DNA from: a virus
DNA length: 64,000 nucleotides
Direction: 5' to 3' (one strand)
IMG/VR virus record: IMGVR_UViG_3300044716_000883
Span: 1 to 64,000 of that record
The position numbers and the translations under genes were made by a program. Position 1 is the first letter of the stretch, and every line of letters starts with the position of its first letter. The notes beneath the pieces are model-generated. The model worked only from the letters and a program-made list of their open reading frames with translations. It was not told the origin of the DNA and searched no databases. Shown here piece after piece: positions 47,363 to 56,660 of the stretch.

Positions 47363-47995
47363 ATGAAGAAATGCCTAATATCCCTACTATTAACATTAGT
47401 AGCAGTTATATCTTATAGTCAAGATGTAGTTACATTAACACACAAGTCGTATACAACACATTATAGTAAGTCAAAACACTATCCAGTTAAGGTAGAGTGG
47501 TGGGTTACTAGAGCAAATTTAACATGTGCTGTTAAAGCCAAGCGTGGTGATAAATTTATAGCTGATCCTAAATTACCAGCCGAAACAAATTTACAAGCAG
47601 ATTATACAGGTCAAGGATTCGATCGTGGACACAATTTCCCAGCAGCAGACGCTGCTTGTGATCAAGTGGCAAACGACGAATCATTTTATTTTAGTAACAT
47701 GACCGCTCAATACCCAGCACTCAATCGTGGTGATTGGAAAGCATTAGAAACATTAGTACGCGACTACGCTATTAAAGAAGATTCAGTACACGTTTGGTGT
47801 GGGTCAGTAGGTGTAGCTAAGAAAATTGGTACAACATCAGTTCCAACACAGTGTTGGAAAGTAATATACTTCAAGAAATCAAACGAATGGATGGCTTTCT
47901 TATTTGATAACAATACAAGTAAAGCAGACGGACTTAAGAATAATGAAGCAACATTAGCTGATATTGAAAAATTAACTGGCTTTAAATTTAAGTAA
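47363..47995 (+). CDS. secreted sugar-non-specific DNA/RNA endonuclease (NucA/EndA family)
   Basis: Signal peptide SYS|Q; FDRGHNFPAA, FSNMTAQYPALNRGDWKALE, VPTQCWKVI. Confidence 0.92.
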   Translation: MKKCLISLLLTLVAVISYSQDVVTLTHKSYTTHYSKSKHYPVKVEWWVTRANLTCAVKAKRGDKFIADPKLPAETNLQADYTGQGFDRGHNFPAADAACDQVANDESFYFSNMTAQYPALNRGDWKALETLVRDYAIKEDSVHVWCGSVGVAKKIGTTSVPTQCWKVIYFKKSNEWMAFLFDNNTSKADGLKNNEATLADIEKLTGFKFK

Positions 47996-47999
47996 AACA

Positions 48000-48398
48000 A
48001 TGTTTACCCCAAACCACTTACACCTATTAGTGAAAGGTTATATCACTAACCCCCCAAAATCAGAAGAAACTTTAAATATTTGGTTTCGAGAATTAGTAAA
48101 TAAAGTAGGAATGGTTGTTGTCGCAGGACCAACTTCAGTTTATGTTAATGAACCTGGAAATGAGGGCATAACAGGAACCGTAACTTTAGCTACATCACAT
48201 GCTTCAATTCACGTGTGGGATGCTTTAGAATTACCTATGTTCCAATTTGATTTATATAGTTGTTCAGATTTTACTCCTGAACAAGTACTAAATCACATCG
48301 ATGAGAATTTCTCATTACAATCAGCAACATGGCAGTTCATAGATAGGAATAGCGATGATTTCAAGTTGATTGATAGTGGGAAGTGGAAGGCAGAGTAA
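48000..48398 (+). CDS. speD: S-adenosylmethionine decarboxylase proenzyme-like protein
   Basis: GITGTVTLATSHASIHVW, FDLYSC. Confidence 0.8.
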   Translation: MFTPNHLHLLVKGYITNPPKSEETLNIWFRELVNKVGMVVVAGPTSVYVNEPGNEGITGTVTLATSHASIHVWDALELPMFQFDLYSCSDFTPEQVLNHIDENFSLQSATWQFIDRNSDDFKLIDSGKWKAE

Positions 48399-48429
48399 TG
48401 GTCGTAGATTTACGTCAAATAAATAAATA

Positions 48430-48636
48430 ATGGCAATACAAACTAGAGACGAAGCACAAGACAAATTCAGTAGAAGAGTAGACAAAACATTATTTAAAAA
48501 GAAAAAACATGTGCCATTGAGCCAAGAGTCATGGGATGACTTGAGTCGTAGAGGTGCATCGTTGGCTGAGCAGGAAGAGTGGATTAAATTGAGACGTAGA
48601 CAAAAAGAACGAGAAGACAACATTAAAAATAGCTAA
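48430..48636 (+). CDS. small basic hypothetical protein
   Basis: Follows a class I promoter. Confidence 0.55.
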   Translation: MAIQTRDEAQDKFSRRVDKTLFKKKKHVPLSQESWDDLSRRGASLAEQEEWIKLRRRQKEREDNIKNS

Positions 48637-48637
48637 G

Positions 48638-48832
48638 ATGACAACCAACACAGAGTTAGAACTTAAATGCCTTAAAATTGAGGCAATGGTTAGAGCAATG
48701 GTAATGAATGGCGTTACGGATAATCGAAAGTTAGTTGACGCTGTTAGCAACTATTACCCACCACTATCAGCATGGGAACAAGAAATGTTCAGTGAAGCGA
48801 TTATATACGCAAAGTATGGAGTCCTAAATTAG
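48638..48832 (+). CDS. hypothetical protein
   Basis: Co-oriented ORF. Confidence 0.5.
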   Translation: MTTNTELELKCLKIEAMVRAMVMNGVTDNRKLVDAVSNYYPPLSAWEQEMFSEAIIYAKYGVLN

Positions 48833-48889
48833 GGCAGGCAGGGTAGATAGTGTAGATTTAAGTATTATAAAAAATTAAAATAAAAGGTT

Positions 48890-49636
48890 ATGACTTACAG
48901 TATTGAAAGAATCAAGGAATTAGCACCGTCAGTATTTACAACTGAAAAAGCTTCACATTTAACGGATAAATATATCCAAACTCCTACAATTAGAGTAGTA
49001 GAAGATTTAATGAACTTAGGTTGGGAAGTAACTAAAGCCCAAGAGGTTAAAGCTCGTAAGAATAAGGGCTTCCAAAAACACTTGTTAGTGTTTCGTCATC
49101 CTGAAATCACAATTAAGGGTGCAAATGGAGATGATTCATTCCCTCAAATCCTATTAACCAACTCACATGACGGTAAAGCCGCATTTAACTTTAGAGTGGG
49201 TATCTTCAGAATGGTATGTAGTAATGGATTGGTAATTAGCGATGCTGATTTCGGAGTGATGTCTATTAGACATATGAATTATACCTTCGAATCATTGCAA
49301 TCTAAAGTTGCTGAAATGATTAGTAAGTTACCTGGATTAGTTCAGAAAATTAACTTATTCAAATCAACTCAGTTGACTGAAGCTCAAATGAATGAGTTTG
49401 CTACTAAAGCATCTGAATTGAGAACTAAGCAACGTGTTAATATTATGGACATGCTTACTCCAACACGTGCTGAAGATCAAGGTAATGATCTATGGGTTGT
49501 ATTCAATCGTATCCAAGAGAAAGTGTTAGGTGGTTCATACACATATGGTGGCCGTAAGGCTAGATCAGTAAAGAACTTCCAACAGGATATTAAATTAAAC
49601 GAACAATTGTTCGAATTAGCTGAAGCATATCTTTAA
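48890..49636 (+). CDS. DUF932/DUF945 family protein
   Basis: ILLTNSHDG, GIFRMVCSNG, DLWVVFNRIQE, LNEQLFELA. Confidence 0.85.
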   Translation: MTYSIERIKELAPSVFTTEKASHLTDKYIQTPTIRVVEDLMNLGWEVTKAQEVKARKNKGFQKHLLVFRHPEITIKGANGDDSFPQILLTNSHDGKAAFNFRVGIFRMVCSNGLVISDADFGVMSIRHMNYTFESLQSKVAEMISKLPGLVQKINLFKSTQLTEAQMNEFATKASELRTKQRVNIMDMLTPTRAEDQGNDLWVVFNRIQEKVLGGSYTYGGRKARSVKNFQQDIKLNEQLFELAEAYL

Positions 49637-49693
49637 TTTTGAAAGGTGGGGGTGTCAAAGCCCTCACCTTATATTTATCTAAATAAATAAGTT

Positions 49694-49903
49694 ATGAACG
49701 AATCATATCAAGAAGAAATAGATAAACTAATAGCTAAGTTTTCATTAGCAATACTAGCCGAATTAGGACATAAATTACCTATGGACCAAGTCAAATCACT
49801 AGCTAAAGCAATAACAGTGGTTGCTATGGAGGAATTGGATAAGGAAGAATATGAAACCCATTTTTGGATGGAAGCAAGGGAATATTATACAAATCAAAAA
49901 TAA
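49694..49903 (+). CDS. hypothetical protein
   Basis: Follows a class I promoter. Confidence 0.55.
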   Translation: MNESYQEEIDKLIAKFSLAILAELGHKLPMDQVKSLAKAITVVAMEELDKEEYETHFWMEAREYYTNQK

Positions 49904-49908
49904 AAGTT

Positions 49909-50187
49909 ATGAGAGTTATAGCAATTAGAGATAGTTACTTTAGTGATGGTAAAACATTAACTGATTTAGCTATTCATAAAGGTTCAGTCTACCACGTAAC
50001 AGAGACGTACTTCAAACCAGGAAAGCATTATTTCCAAGATACGGGAAGTTATTATCCAAACGGTGTTGGCTTCTACAGGTTATTAGAACAAACAGGTTCA
50101 CATGTTGAAGATATGTTCCTTGAATTACCTGATGATCTATTTGAAACTGAAACTGAAACTGAAGAAATACAATATGAACGAAAATAA
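49909..50187 (+). CDS. hypothetical protein
   Basis: Likely start after the AAAAGTT leader (track start 49864). Confidence 0.5.
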   Translation: MRVIAIRDSYFSDGKTLTDLAIHKGSVYHVTETYFKPGKHYFQDTGSYYPNGVGFYRLLEQTGSHVEDMFLELPDDLFETETETEEIQYERK

Positions 50188-50482
50188 AAACGAAATACAT
50201 TTAATACATTTAGGATTTGGTTCACATCTAAACGTTCAAACGTCACAACTAGTATCAATTAACGAAACACTAATATTGATTAATGGAGCTAAAGACCCAA
50301 TTGAATTAAACGTTAAAATCGAAGCGGACTTTAACAGTATACCTTCAGAATACCATGAAATATTCTTAAACATGTTAACGTCTAAATATAGTAACAAAGC
50401 ATCATTTGGTGATAATCCGTTCTCAGTATGTCAACCCAAACCGAAACGCAAATGGTACCAGCTTTGGAAGGCGAAGTACTAA
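50174..50482 (+). CDS. hypothetical protein
   Basis: Likely start 50174 (track 50102); ends RKWYQLWK. Confidence 0.5.
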   Translation: MNENKNEIHLIHLGFGSHLNVQTSQLVSINETLILINGAKDPIELNVKIEADFNSIPSEYHEIFLNMLTSKYSNKASFGDNPFSVCQPKPKRKWYQLWKAKY

Positions 50483-50512
50483 GCGTACATTGACGTTATA
50501 AAATTAAAGGTT

Positions 50513-50869
50513 ATGTCAGTTATAGTAGGAGGCGACAAGATAATTGTCCATAGTTACATTCCACCAATTGTGTTTACAGACCCAATTAAATCAGATAAGC
50601 GTTTCGTTATTGCTGATGGTAAATGGACTGAAATACCATTTCATTTAGGCCAAAAACACATCATACATTTCAAGAAAGAGTATAAAAACTCTAAAAACGA
50701 AGCGTTCAAAAACACATTTGAACAGGAAGTAGATGGCAGTAAAGGTAAGAAGTATACAGTTAAAAATGAAGATGATAGATGGAGCTGTACTTGCCCTGCA
50801 TTTGGTTGGTCAGGTAATAGTGGATGTAAACACATTAAACAAGTAAAAGCTGATAACGGATGGAACTAA
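50513..50869 (+). CDS. SWIM zinc-finger protein
   Basis: YTV...WSCTCPAF...CKHI. Confidence 0.75.
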   Translation: MSVIVGGDKIIVHSYIPPIVFTDPIKSDKRFVIADGKWTEIPFHLGQKHIIHFKKEYKNSKNEAFKNTFEQEVDGSKGKKYTVKNEDDRWSCTCPAFGWSGNSGCKHIKQVKADNGWN

Positions 50870-51297
50870 AAGATAAAATTGAAACATACACCCCAACAAA
50901 ATACAATCCGTATTACTGGTGGAGGCGTTTTAAGGGTAGAGAAACACTTCATAAGTATCAGCCACTTAAAGATAAAATAGTAAATGGCGATTACGAACCA
51001 AGTGATTATCATTGGTGGATGTTATGGGAGGATGAATTAGAACAGGAATCATTATCTAAAATAACTGATGTAGGTAAACAACACGAAGCAAGATGTTTAT
51101 TTGGGGAGCGTAGACGTAGATTAATAAATGACTTTGAAAAAGACGAAGCCAAAATATTAGAGGCAATGTATAAGGATTTCTGGTTAGCATTTAGAATGAA
51201 ACGAGATGAAGTTGAAGATGAAATGTTCAATTTCGATGGTACGTTGCTTGAATTCTATCATTATATTTATAGTAAAAAGAAACAAAATGGAAATTAA
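50860..51297 (+). CDS. hypothetical protein
   Basis: Co-oriented ORF. Confidence 0.55.
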   Translation: MELKDKIETYTPTKYNPYYWWRRFKGRETLHKYQPLKDKIVNGDYEPSDYHWWMLWEDELEQESLSKITDVGKQHEARCLFGERRRRLINDFEKDEAKILEAMYKDFWLAFRMKRDEVEDEMFNFDGTLLEFYHYIYSKKKQNGN

Positions 51298-51505
51298 AGA
51301 CATTCTTAGTGAATTAATTACAGTAGCTACCTCAGCATTAAATGAACGTGGTGTACCTGAAAACTTCGATTTGGAAGACTTCATTGACACATTAGAAAGT
51401 TACTACAGTGAACTAGATGAAATAAGTGAATTCGTTTACATTGATGATAAAGACGAATACGATTTCAGTGATGATGGAGATGATTATTATAGAGGGCAAG
51501 ATTAA
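51287..51505 (+). CDS. small acidic protein
   Basis: Likely start 51287 (track 51206); Asp/Glu-rich. Confidence 0.5.
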   Translation: MEIKDILSELITVATSALNERGVPENFDLEDFIDTLESYYSELDEISEFVYIDDKDEYDFSDDGDDYYRGQD

Positions 51506-51537
51506 GGTTATATATTCACGTTATAAAAATTAAAGTT

Positions 51538-51798
51538 ATGTCAAGAAATAATGAACGCGTATTAAGCGATCAAATGATTTCAGATATCAAAGATTCAATT
51601 TTCATTGATTTGGTAAATGAACCTGATTCAGTATATCACTTAGTAGATGATGTTATGAATGCTTATTTAACTAATGATTGGAGTACAATTAAGGAAACCA
51701 TGACTGAAATTATTGAAGCCACAGAAGACGATATCTTACTAACACTGAATATGGAATTAGCAGAAGACGCATTTAATCAAGCAGAGAATGGTAATTAA
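51538..51798 (+). CDS. small acidic protein
   Basis: Follows a class I promoter. Confidence 0.55.
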   Translation: MSRNNERVLSDQMISDIKDSIFIDLVNEPDSVYHLVDDVMNAYLTNDWSTIKETMTEIIEATEDDILLTLNMELAEDAFNQAENGN

Positions 51799-51955
51799 AT
51801 TGATATTGATTTGGTTTGCATGTGTAGCATTATTTGGAATAACAGCACTTACAATGGTATTATTAACAGGCTATTTGGGTGGTAAACCAAAATCAAATAA
51901 ATTTAGGAAGTGGTGGAGTGCAAATGTAGTGGATTTAGATAATTTATATCATTAA
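51788..51955 (+). CDS. 55-aa TM protein (not in ORF track)
   Basis: MVIKLILIWFACVALFGITALTMVLLTGYLGGKPKSNKFRKWWSANVVDLDNLYH*. Confidence 0.5.
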   Translation: MVIKLILIWFACVALFGITALTMVLLTGYLGGKPKSNKFRKWWSANVVDLDNLYH

Positions 51956-52022
51956 GATATAAGTTGGTTGGGCAAAATAAGAGTTGTAGATTTAAGTATA
52001 TTAAAATTAAAAAATTAAAGTT

Positions 52023-52403
52023 ATGGCTACAAGATCATTGATTGCAAAACAAACAAACGACGGTTACAAAGCGGTTTATTGTCATTGGGATGGTTACCCT
52101 TCACACAATGGAGCTGTATTAGTAGAAAACTACAATACACCAATAATGGCAGATAATTTATTAGCACTTGGAGATTTAAGTTCTTTAGATGTAACACTTC
52201 AAACAACTAAAGCATACCATAGAGATATGGGTCGCGATTATGAAGCAGCTGACTTTGTAAAGACATTCAGTGAGTTAAAGCAATTTGGAAAAGAATGTTG
52301 GGCTGATTACATTTACATATATAATAACGAATTAGAATGGGATTGCTATAATTCACAAGGCGTCCTATTAAATATATTAACCGATAATTTAATAACGGTT
52401 TAA
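52023..52403 (+). CDS. conserved phage hypothetical protein (MATRS...YCHWDGYP type)
   Basis: Recurrent phage motif YCHWDGYP...LGDLSSL; function unknown. Confidence 0.65.
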   Translation: MATRSLIAKQTNDGYKAVYCHWDGYPSHNGAVLVENYNTPIMADNLLALGDLSSLDVTLQTTKAYHRDMGRDYEAADFVKTFSELKQFGKECWADYIYIYNNELEWDCYNSQGVLLNILTDNLITV

Positions 52404-52439
52404 AGAGGGTTCATACTTTTAATTTTTAATGGTTAGATT

Positions 52440-52461
52440 GAGCTGGGTTTCTACCCGGCTC
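52440..52461 (+). terminator. GC hairpin, possible terminator
   Basis: GAGCTGGGT-TTCT-ACCCGGCTC; poor T tail. Confidence 0.4.
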
Positions 52462-52519
52462 TCTCGCTGCTTGGGAGGCAGAATAATAGTCGTAGATTCA
52501 CGTTATAAAATTATTAAGT

Positions 52520-52771
52520 ATGCCATATGTAGATCTAGAAAGTGTTAATAAAAACACAATAGTAAGTGATTTAAAATCAGTAATTGGTAAGAGAGTATCA
52601 CAAAACCAATCACCAACACTCGTAGCCAAATTAATTAAAGTTGGTAAAGTAAATTGCGTATTCGAATCAGTAGAATCCGATTTCAAATTATCTACTTTAG
52701 CACCTGGATATAAGGTAGGAGTGCAATATAAAGTACCTACACAATTCGCTTGGAACTCGTTCTTCTACTAG
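52520..52771 (+). CDS. hypothetical protein
   Basis: Follows a class I promoter. Confidence 0.55.
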   Translation: MPYVDLESVNKNTIVSDLKSVIGKRVSQNQSPTLVAKLIKVGKVNCVFESVESDFKLSTLAPGYKVGVQYKVPTQFAWNSFFY

Positions 52772-52822
52772 GGAGGGCGGGGTTCGAATCGTAGATTTAA
52801 GTATATTAAAAAATTAAAAGTT

Positions 52823-53035
52823 ATGAATACAGTTGAAACAATGAAATTTACAAAACGCGATTTAGTGTATTTAGACACAATTGAACAAGCTTGGGATGGT
52901 AGTGAATTAAAGATTGAAGATGGTGATGTTAGGATATGGCTTAACCCACGTGAAAATAGAGCATACGATGGTGACTATACCCTCGAAACACGAATCAATG
53001 GTAAATGGTCCCAAACCAAATGTTACTTTGAATAG
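52823..53035 (+). CDS. hypothetical protein
   Basis: Follows a class I promoter. Confidence 0.55.
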   Translation: MNTVETMKFTKRDLVYLDTIEQAWDGSELKIEDGDVRIWLNPRENRAYDGDYTLETRINGKWSQTKCYFE

Positions 53036-53085
53036 GCAAAACAACAACCGTAGATTTAAGTATATTAAAAATAAAAATAAAAGTT

Positions 53086-53964
53086 ATGAGTAAACAAATT
53101 ATCCTAGATGCATTAGCAGCACAATTTGCAGTTAAGCAAAATGAATTCACACAATACGATACAACAGTATATCAACCAGCATTAGCCGAACTGAATAAGA
53201 CTGTCAGTGATTGGTTCAGTATGGTATTAGACTTAAATCCATACCGCCTTACATTCAATGGTGATTATGTAGAAATTACTCCATCAGATGAAGGTAAATG
53301 GCATAGCATGATTACTATTAAAAGAAATTCAGGTTGGGGTATTGAAAAAGATACATATTCCATTGATTACAGAAGCGGTTATGGTAAAGCAGAAAATCAA
53401 ACTGACATGTACTACCTAACTACATTAGGTAAAGTAGCACAGAACATTGACTTGATAGTTGAAAATATGAAGTCTGAATGGAAACCAACACATCAATCGA
53501 TTTACAAGCCATATTATGAACTAAGTAATGAATTAGGTAAATTAGAGAGTGAAATAAATGGAGTTAAACAAGATATTCACAATGATAAACGTGAAGTATA
53601 TAAAGCACCAGGATTCGAACATACAGTAACATCTCAGCTTGCTTGTAAAATGAACTACGATACTAATGAATATGAATTAAAAACAGTACCGTATACAATT
53701 AGATTAGAGACAGGAAGTGGTAAGTGGGATTACATGTGGGTTAACTCATATAAAGTAATTGGACCTGCTAAATATAGAAAAATAGCTATACAAGTTAAAC
53801 GTAATGAAGGTGATGAGCGTTGGGAAGATATTGAAGTTAAAGGCGAATTCTTCGATCAATTCATCGCAGAGGTATATAATTGGGAAACTAGATTGAGAGA
53901 GAAGCGTGACGAAGACGAAACTAAACGCTACAATAAGTTCGTTGAGGCAAAGCAAACAGCATAG
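53086..53964 (+). CDS. hypothetical protein
   Basis: 292-aa ORF after a class I promoter. Confidence 0.65.
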   Translation: MSKQIILDALAAQFAVKQNEFTQYDTTVYQPALAELNKTVSDWFSMVLDLNPYRLTFNGDYVEITPSDEGKWHSMITIKRNSGWGIEKDTYSIDYRSGYGKAENQTDMYYLTTLGKVAQNIDLIVENMKSEWKPTHQSIYKPYYELSNELGKLESEINGVKQDIHNDKREVYKAPGFEHTVTSQLACKMNYDTNEYELKTVPYTIRLETGSGKWDYMWVNSYKVIGPAKYRKIAIQVKRNEGDERWEDIEVKGEFFDQFIAEVYNWETRLREKRDEDETKRYNKFVEAKQTA

Positions 53965-53988
53965 ATTCACGTTATAAAATTAATAAGT

Positions 53989-54198
53989 ATGAGTTTAACA
54001 ATTGAGGATTTAAAGACAATCAGAATCGGATTAAATAAAGTAGCATTCAGCGATAGAAATAATATACTTGAAACAATGAAGAATGTAGATGCAATGTTAG
54101 CAGAGCATAATTTAAAGTTCGAAATGGAAGCTAGACCAAAACGTAAATGGCAGCGTGACACTATTTACGACTATGTATTTAACCCTATAAATAACTAA
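53989..54198 (+). CDS. hypothetical protein
   Basis: Follows a class I promoter. Confidence 0.55.
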   Translation: MSLTIEDLKTIRIGLNKVAFSDRNNILETMKNVDAMLAEHNLKFEMEARPKRKWQRDTIYDYVFNPINN

Positions 54199-54199
54199 T

Positions 54200-54475
54200 A
54201 TGAAAACGTTTAACGATTTAGAATTCAAACAAGACATACAACGAGGACTAAACGCAGCTCGAATCATGTTCGATAATGGATACGGAGCGAGTGTAGTAAT
54301 AGGACCACACACATACGGTGGTGAAGATGGATTATATGAATTAGCCGTTATTTTAGGTAGTGATGGTAAATTAACATACGATACACCTGTAACAGATGAT
54401 GTTGAAGGATATCTAACAGAAGATGATGTGACTAAATTACTAGAACAAATACAGAACCTAGAAATAGCACCATAA
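54200..54475 (+). CDS. conserved phage hypothetical protein (FDNGYGASV...GLYELAV type)
   Basis: Recurrent phage motif; function unknown. Confidence 0.65.
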   Translation: MKTFNDLEFKQDIQRGLNAARIMFDNGYGASVVIGPHTYGGEDGLYELAVILGSDGKLTYDTPVTDDVEGYLTEDDVTKLLEQIQNLEIAP

Positions 54476-54592
54476 AATTCAGCTTAAGCTTTATGGCTCA
54501 CACACCACATATATAAATACGTATATACGATCCAATATGAATAGATTCATACCATGGTACCCAATTAACGAAGTAATTAAAACGAAGGATAG

Positions 54593-54841
54593 ATGATACT
54601 AATGCTAATATACCCACTTGGATTCTTAATAACGTTAACGTTCTTCAAATACTTTGGAAAGCGAATCGGATTCGATTATGATAATGAAGAAAAAACATAT
54701 GCCGACTATGGCGATTGGGAGAGTAATGAAGAGGCATATTTCGGATTCGCAACAATGTGGTTCATGATAGTACCAGTATTAATCGCAGTTGGATTATGTA
54801 AGGGACTATACATGATTAGTAAATGGTATTTAAAATTATAG
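54593..54841 (+). CDS. 2-TM membrane protein
   Basis: Two hydrophobic segments. Confidence 0.55.
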   Translation: MILMLIYPLGFLITLTFFKYFGKRIGFDYDNEEKTYADYGDWESNEEAYFGFATMWFMIVPVLIAVGLCKGLYMISKWYLKL

Positions 54842-54845
54842 ATAG

Positions 54846-55190
54846 ATGGATAGCAATATTATAGAACGTTTAGAACGTATCGAAACGAAACTAGATGCAG
54901 TAATTAAGGCAATGTATGATTATGATGAAGGTACGTTGCATTGTGAATACAGTGGATTACCATCAGTTGAAGCATATAGCGACGAGGCGTATGGAGAATC
55001 ATCATTCGAAGCGTTTATAGATAACGAAGAAGAACTAAATAGACGAATGGACATTATAGGACAGAACGGTAATGAAGGAATACACTACGTGACGAACGAG
55101 GAAGCGGATGAAGATGCTATTAATACTCAGCCTAAACAAAAACGGTATTACAAAAATAAACGTAGTAAACGTAGCGAAAATAAAAAATAA
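54846..55190 (+). CDS. acidic hypothetical protein with a basic tail
   Basis: Co-oriented ORF. Confidence 0.55.
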   Translation: MDSNIIERLERIETKLDAVIKAMYDYDEGTLHCEYSGLPSVEAYSDEAYGESSFEAFIDNEEELNRRMDIIGQNGNEGIHYVTNEEADEDAINTQPKQKRYYKNKRSKRSENKK

Positions 55191-55235
55191 GGCAGAGTAG
55201 TAGTCGTATATTCATGGTATAAAAATTAATGATAG

Positions 55236-55442
55236 ATGAAAACAGCAATGCAAGAATTAATTGATGAACTAAAACTTATTGAGGCTTATCCTATGTCACC
55301 TTTAGTATTAAGAATGGCTAATGATTTACTTGAAAAAGAAAAACAGCAGATAATACAAGCAGCATACGAATTTATGGGAACTAACTTCGATTCTAATATG
55401 GGTAGAGCGGAATTATATTATAACGAAAAATATAAAAATTAA
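55236..55442 (+). CDS. hypothetical protein
   Basis: Follows a class I promoter. Confidence 0.55.
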   Translation: MKTAMQELIDELKLIEAYPMSPLVLRMANDLLEKEKQQIIQAAYEFMGTNFDSNMGRAELYYNEKYKN

Positions 55443-55447
55443 GGATA

Positions 55448-55750
55448 GTGGAAGGTAAAATAGATAGATGTCAACATTGTGGTGAGGATAAAGCAGATTG
55501 TTATTACGGGTTTATAGCAATGACAATCCCAATTCCCGAAGCCGAAGCATTAATTGATAAATGGGGTAGAGCCAATTGGTGGGAGAATTTAGAGCGAATC
55601 GATCTAACAGATGATGAAATGAAGGAATTAGATGGTTTAAATACATACGATCAATTATTAAACACAGTAAGTAGAGGAGTTCAATGTAATGATTGTGCTA
55701 AAAAAGAAGACGAGTTATATAAAATATATTATAATAATAAAAAACGATAG
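55448..55750 (+). CDS. CxxC...CxxC protein
   Basis: CQHC...CNDC; GTG start. Confidence 0.5.
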   Translation: MEGKIDRCQHCGEDKADCYYGFIAMTIPIPEAEALIDKWGRANWWENLERIDLTDDEMKELDGLNTYDQLLNTVSRGVQCNDCAKKEDELYKIYYNNKKR

Positions 55751-55753
55751 ACA

Positions 55754-55993
55754 GTGGCAGACTTCTCAAAACAATGGTGTGATATAAATGACCCGGATAT
55801 GCCGAGCGATTTCTGTATTGACGAAATATTCAATGGATTGAGCGAAAACTCGTATGTAAATTATATATGTGAAGGATTTGGATTTGATGCGATCGGGAAT
55901 ATAAATGGTGAGTTGATGGTGTCAATGCCGACTGGATCACATCAATTCAAGTGGATAACGTACGATGAACTGATAAATAAGCATAGGGGGTAG
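55754..55993 (+). CDS. hypothetical protein
   Basis: MADFSKQWC...CEGFG; GTG start. Confidence 0.5.
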   Translation: MADFSKQWCDINDPDMPSDFCIDEIFNGLSENSYVNYICEGFGFDAIGNINGELMVSMPTGSHQFKWITYDELINKHRG

Positions 55994-56032
55994 TGGGGGA
56001 TAGAGATACTCAGGATAATAAAATAAAATGAT

Positions 56033-56254
56033 ATGAATATGAAGAATCTAAAGAACATGTTGACGAATGAGAGAAGAAATGAAGTGGCAGCATTATTAAC
56101 AGTGTTATTCTGTTTGGGGTATGCGGCTCTATTAGTGAATGAAACAGCACGTGTTGTGATGGAATATACTTTAGTTGGGATGATAGGTGTAATGGCTGTG
56201 TGGTTTATATTTTCTATGATTAAGGATGTATTGGAGCAATTAGGCAAACGATAG
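56033..56254 (+). CDS. 2-TM membrane protein
   Basis: Two hydrophobic segments. Confidence 0.55.
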   Translation: MNMKNLKNMLTNERRNEVAALLTVLFCLGYAALLVNETARVVMEYTLVGMIGVMAVWFIFSMIKDVLEQLGKR

Positions 56255-56632
56255 AATGCATGCGTTTTTTTGCGCGTTAAATGCGCAAGTAACGCGCTTT
56301 TTTTATCACAACGAACATGAGTTTTTTTGTTGCAATGGGTGGATAACTACACAATGTAGGGAACTACGGATAGTAGTACTACCTATACTAACGTTTTTAG
56401 TGTGATAGTATATGACATGATGTTGCTGTATGGGGATAGGGTGTTGCGACCCGACCAGTTTTTTTTCTTGCCACTCCACCTCCTTTTTATCGACGAAATA
56501 TATACTACTTTTTTTAGTCGATACTAATTTGTGTAGTACTAAGTTTTTTAGTAAAATTGTTTTTGTTGCAGCAAGGTTTTTTTCTTAATTTTTAACCAAT
56601 TTCTTTTTTTTCTTGAAAATTTTTTTTTCTGA
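56255..56632. other. non-coding T-tract region, candidate origin or architectural site
   Basis: About 380 nt with no credible ORF and many T5-T9 runs. Confidence 0.3.
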
Positions 56633-56660
56633 GGCAGAATTAGGGATGTAGATTTACGTC

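Noticed and set aside
52779-52791. tRNA remnant (GGGGTTCGAATCG)
   Set aside because: No flanking cloverleaf; it is the spacer of a class I promoter.
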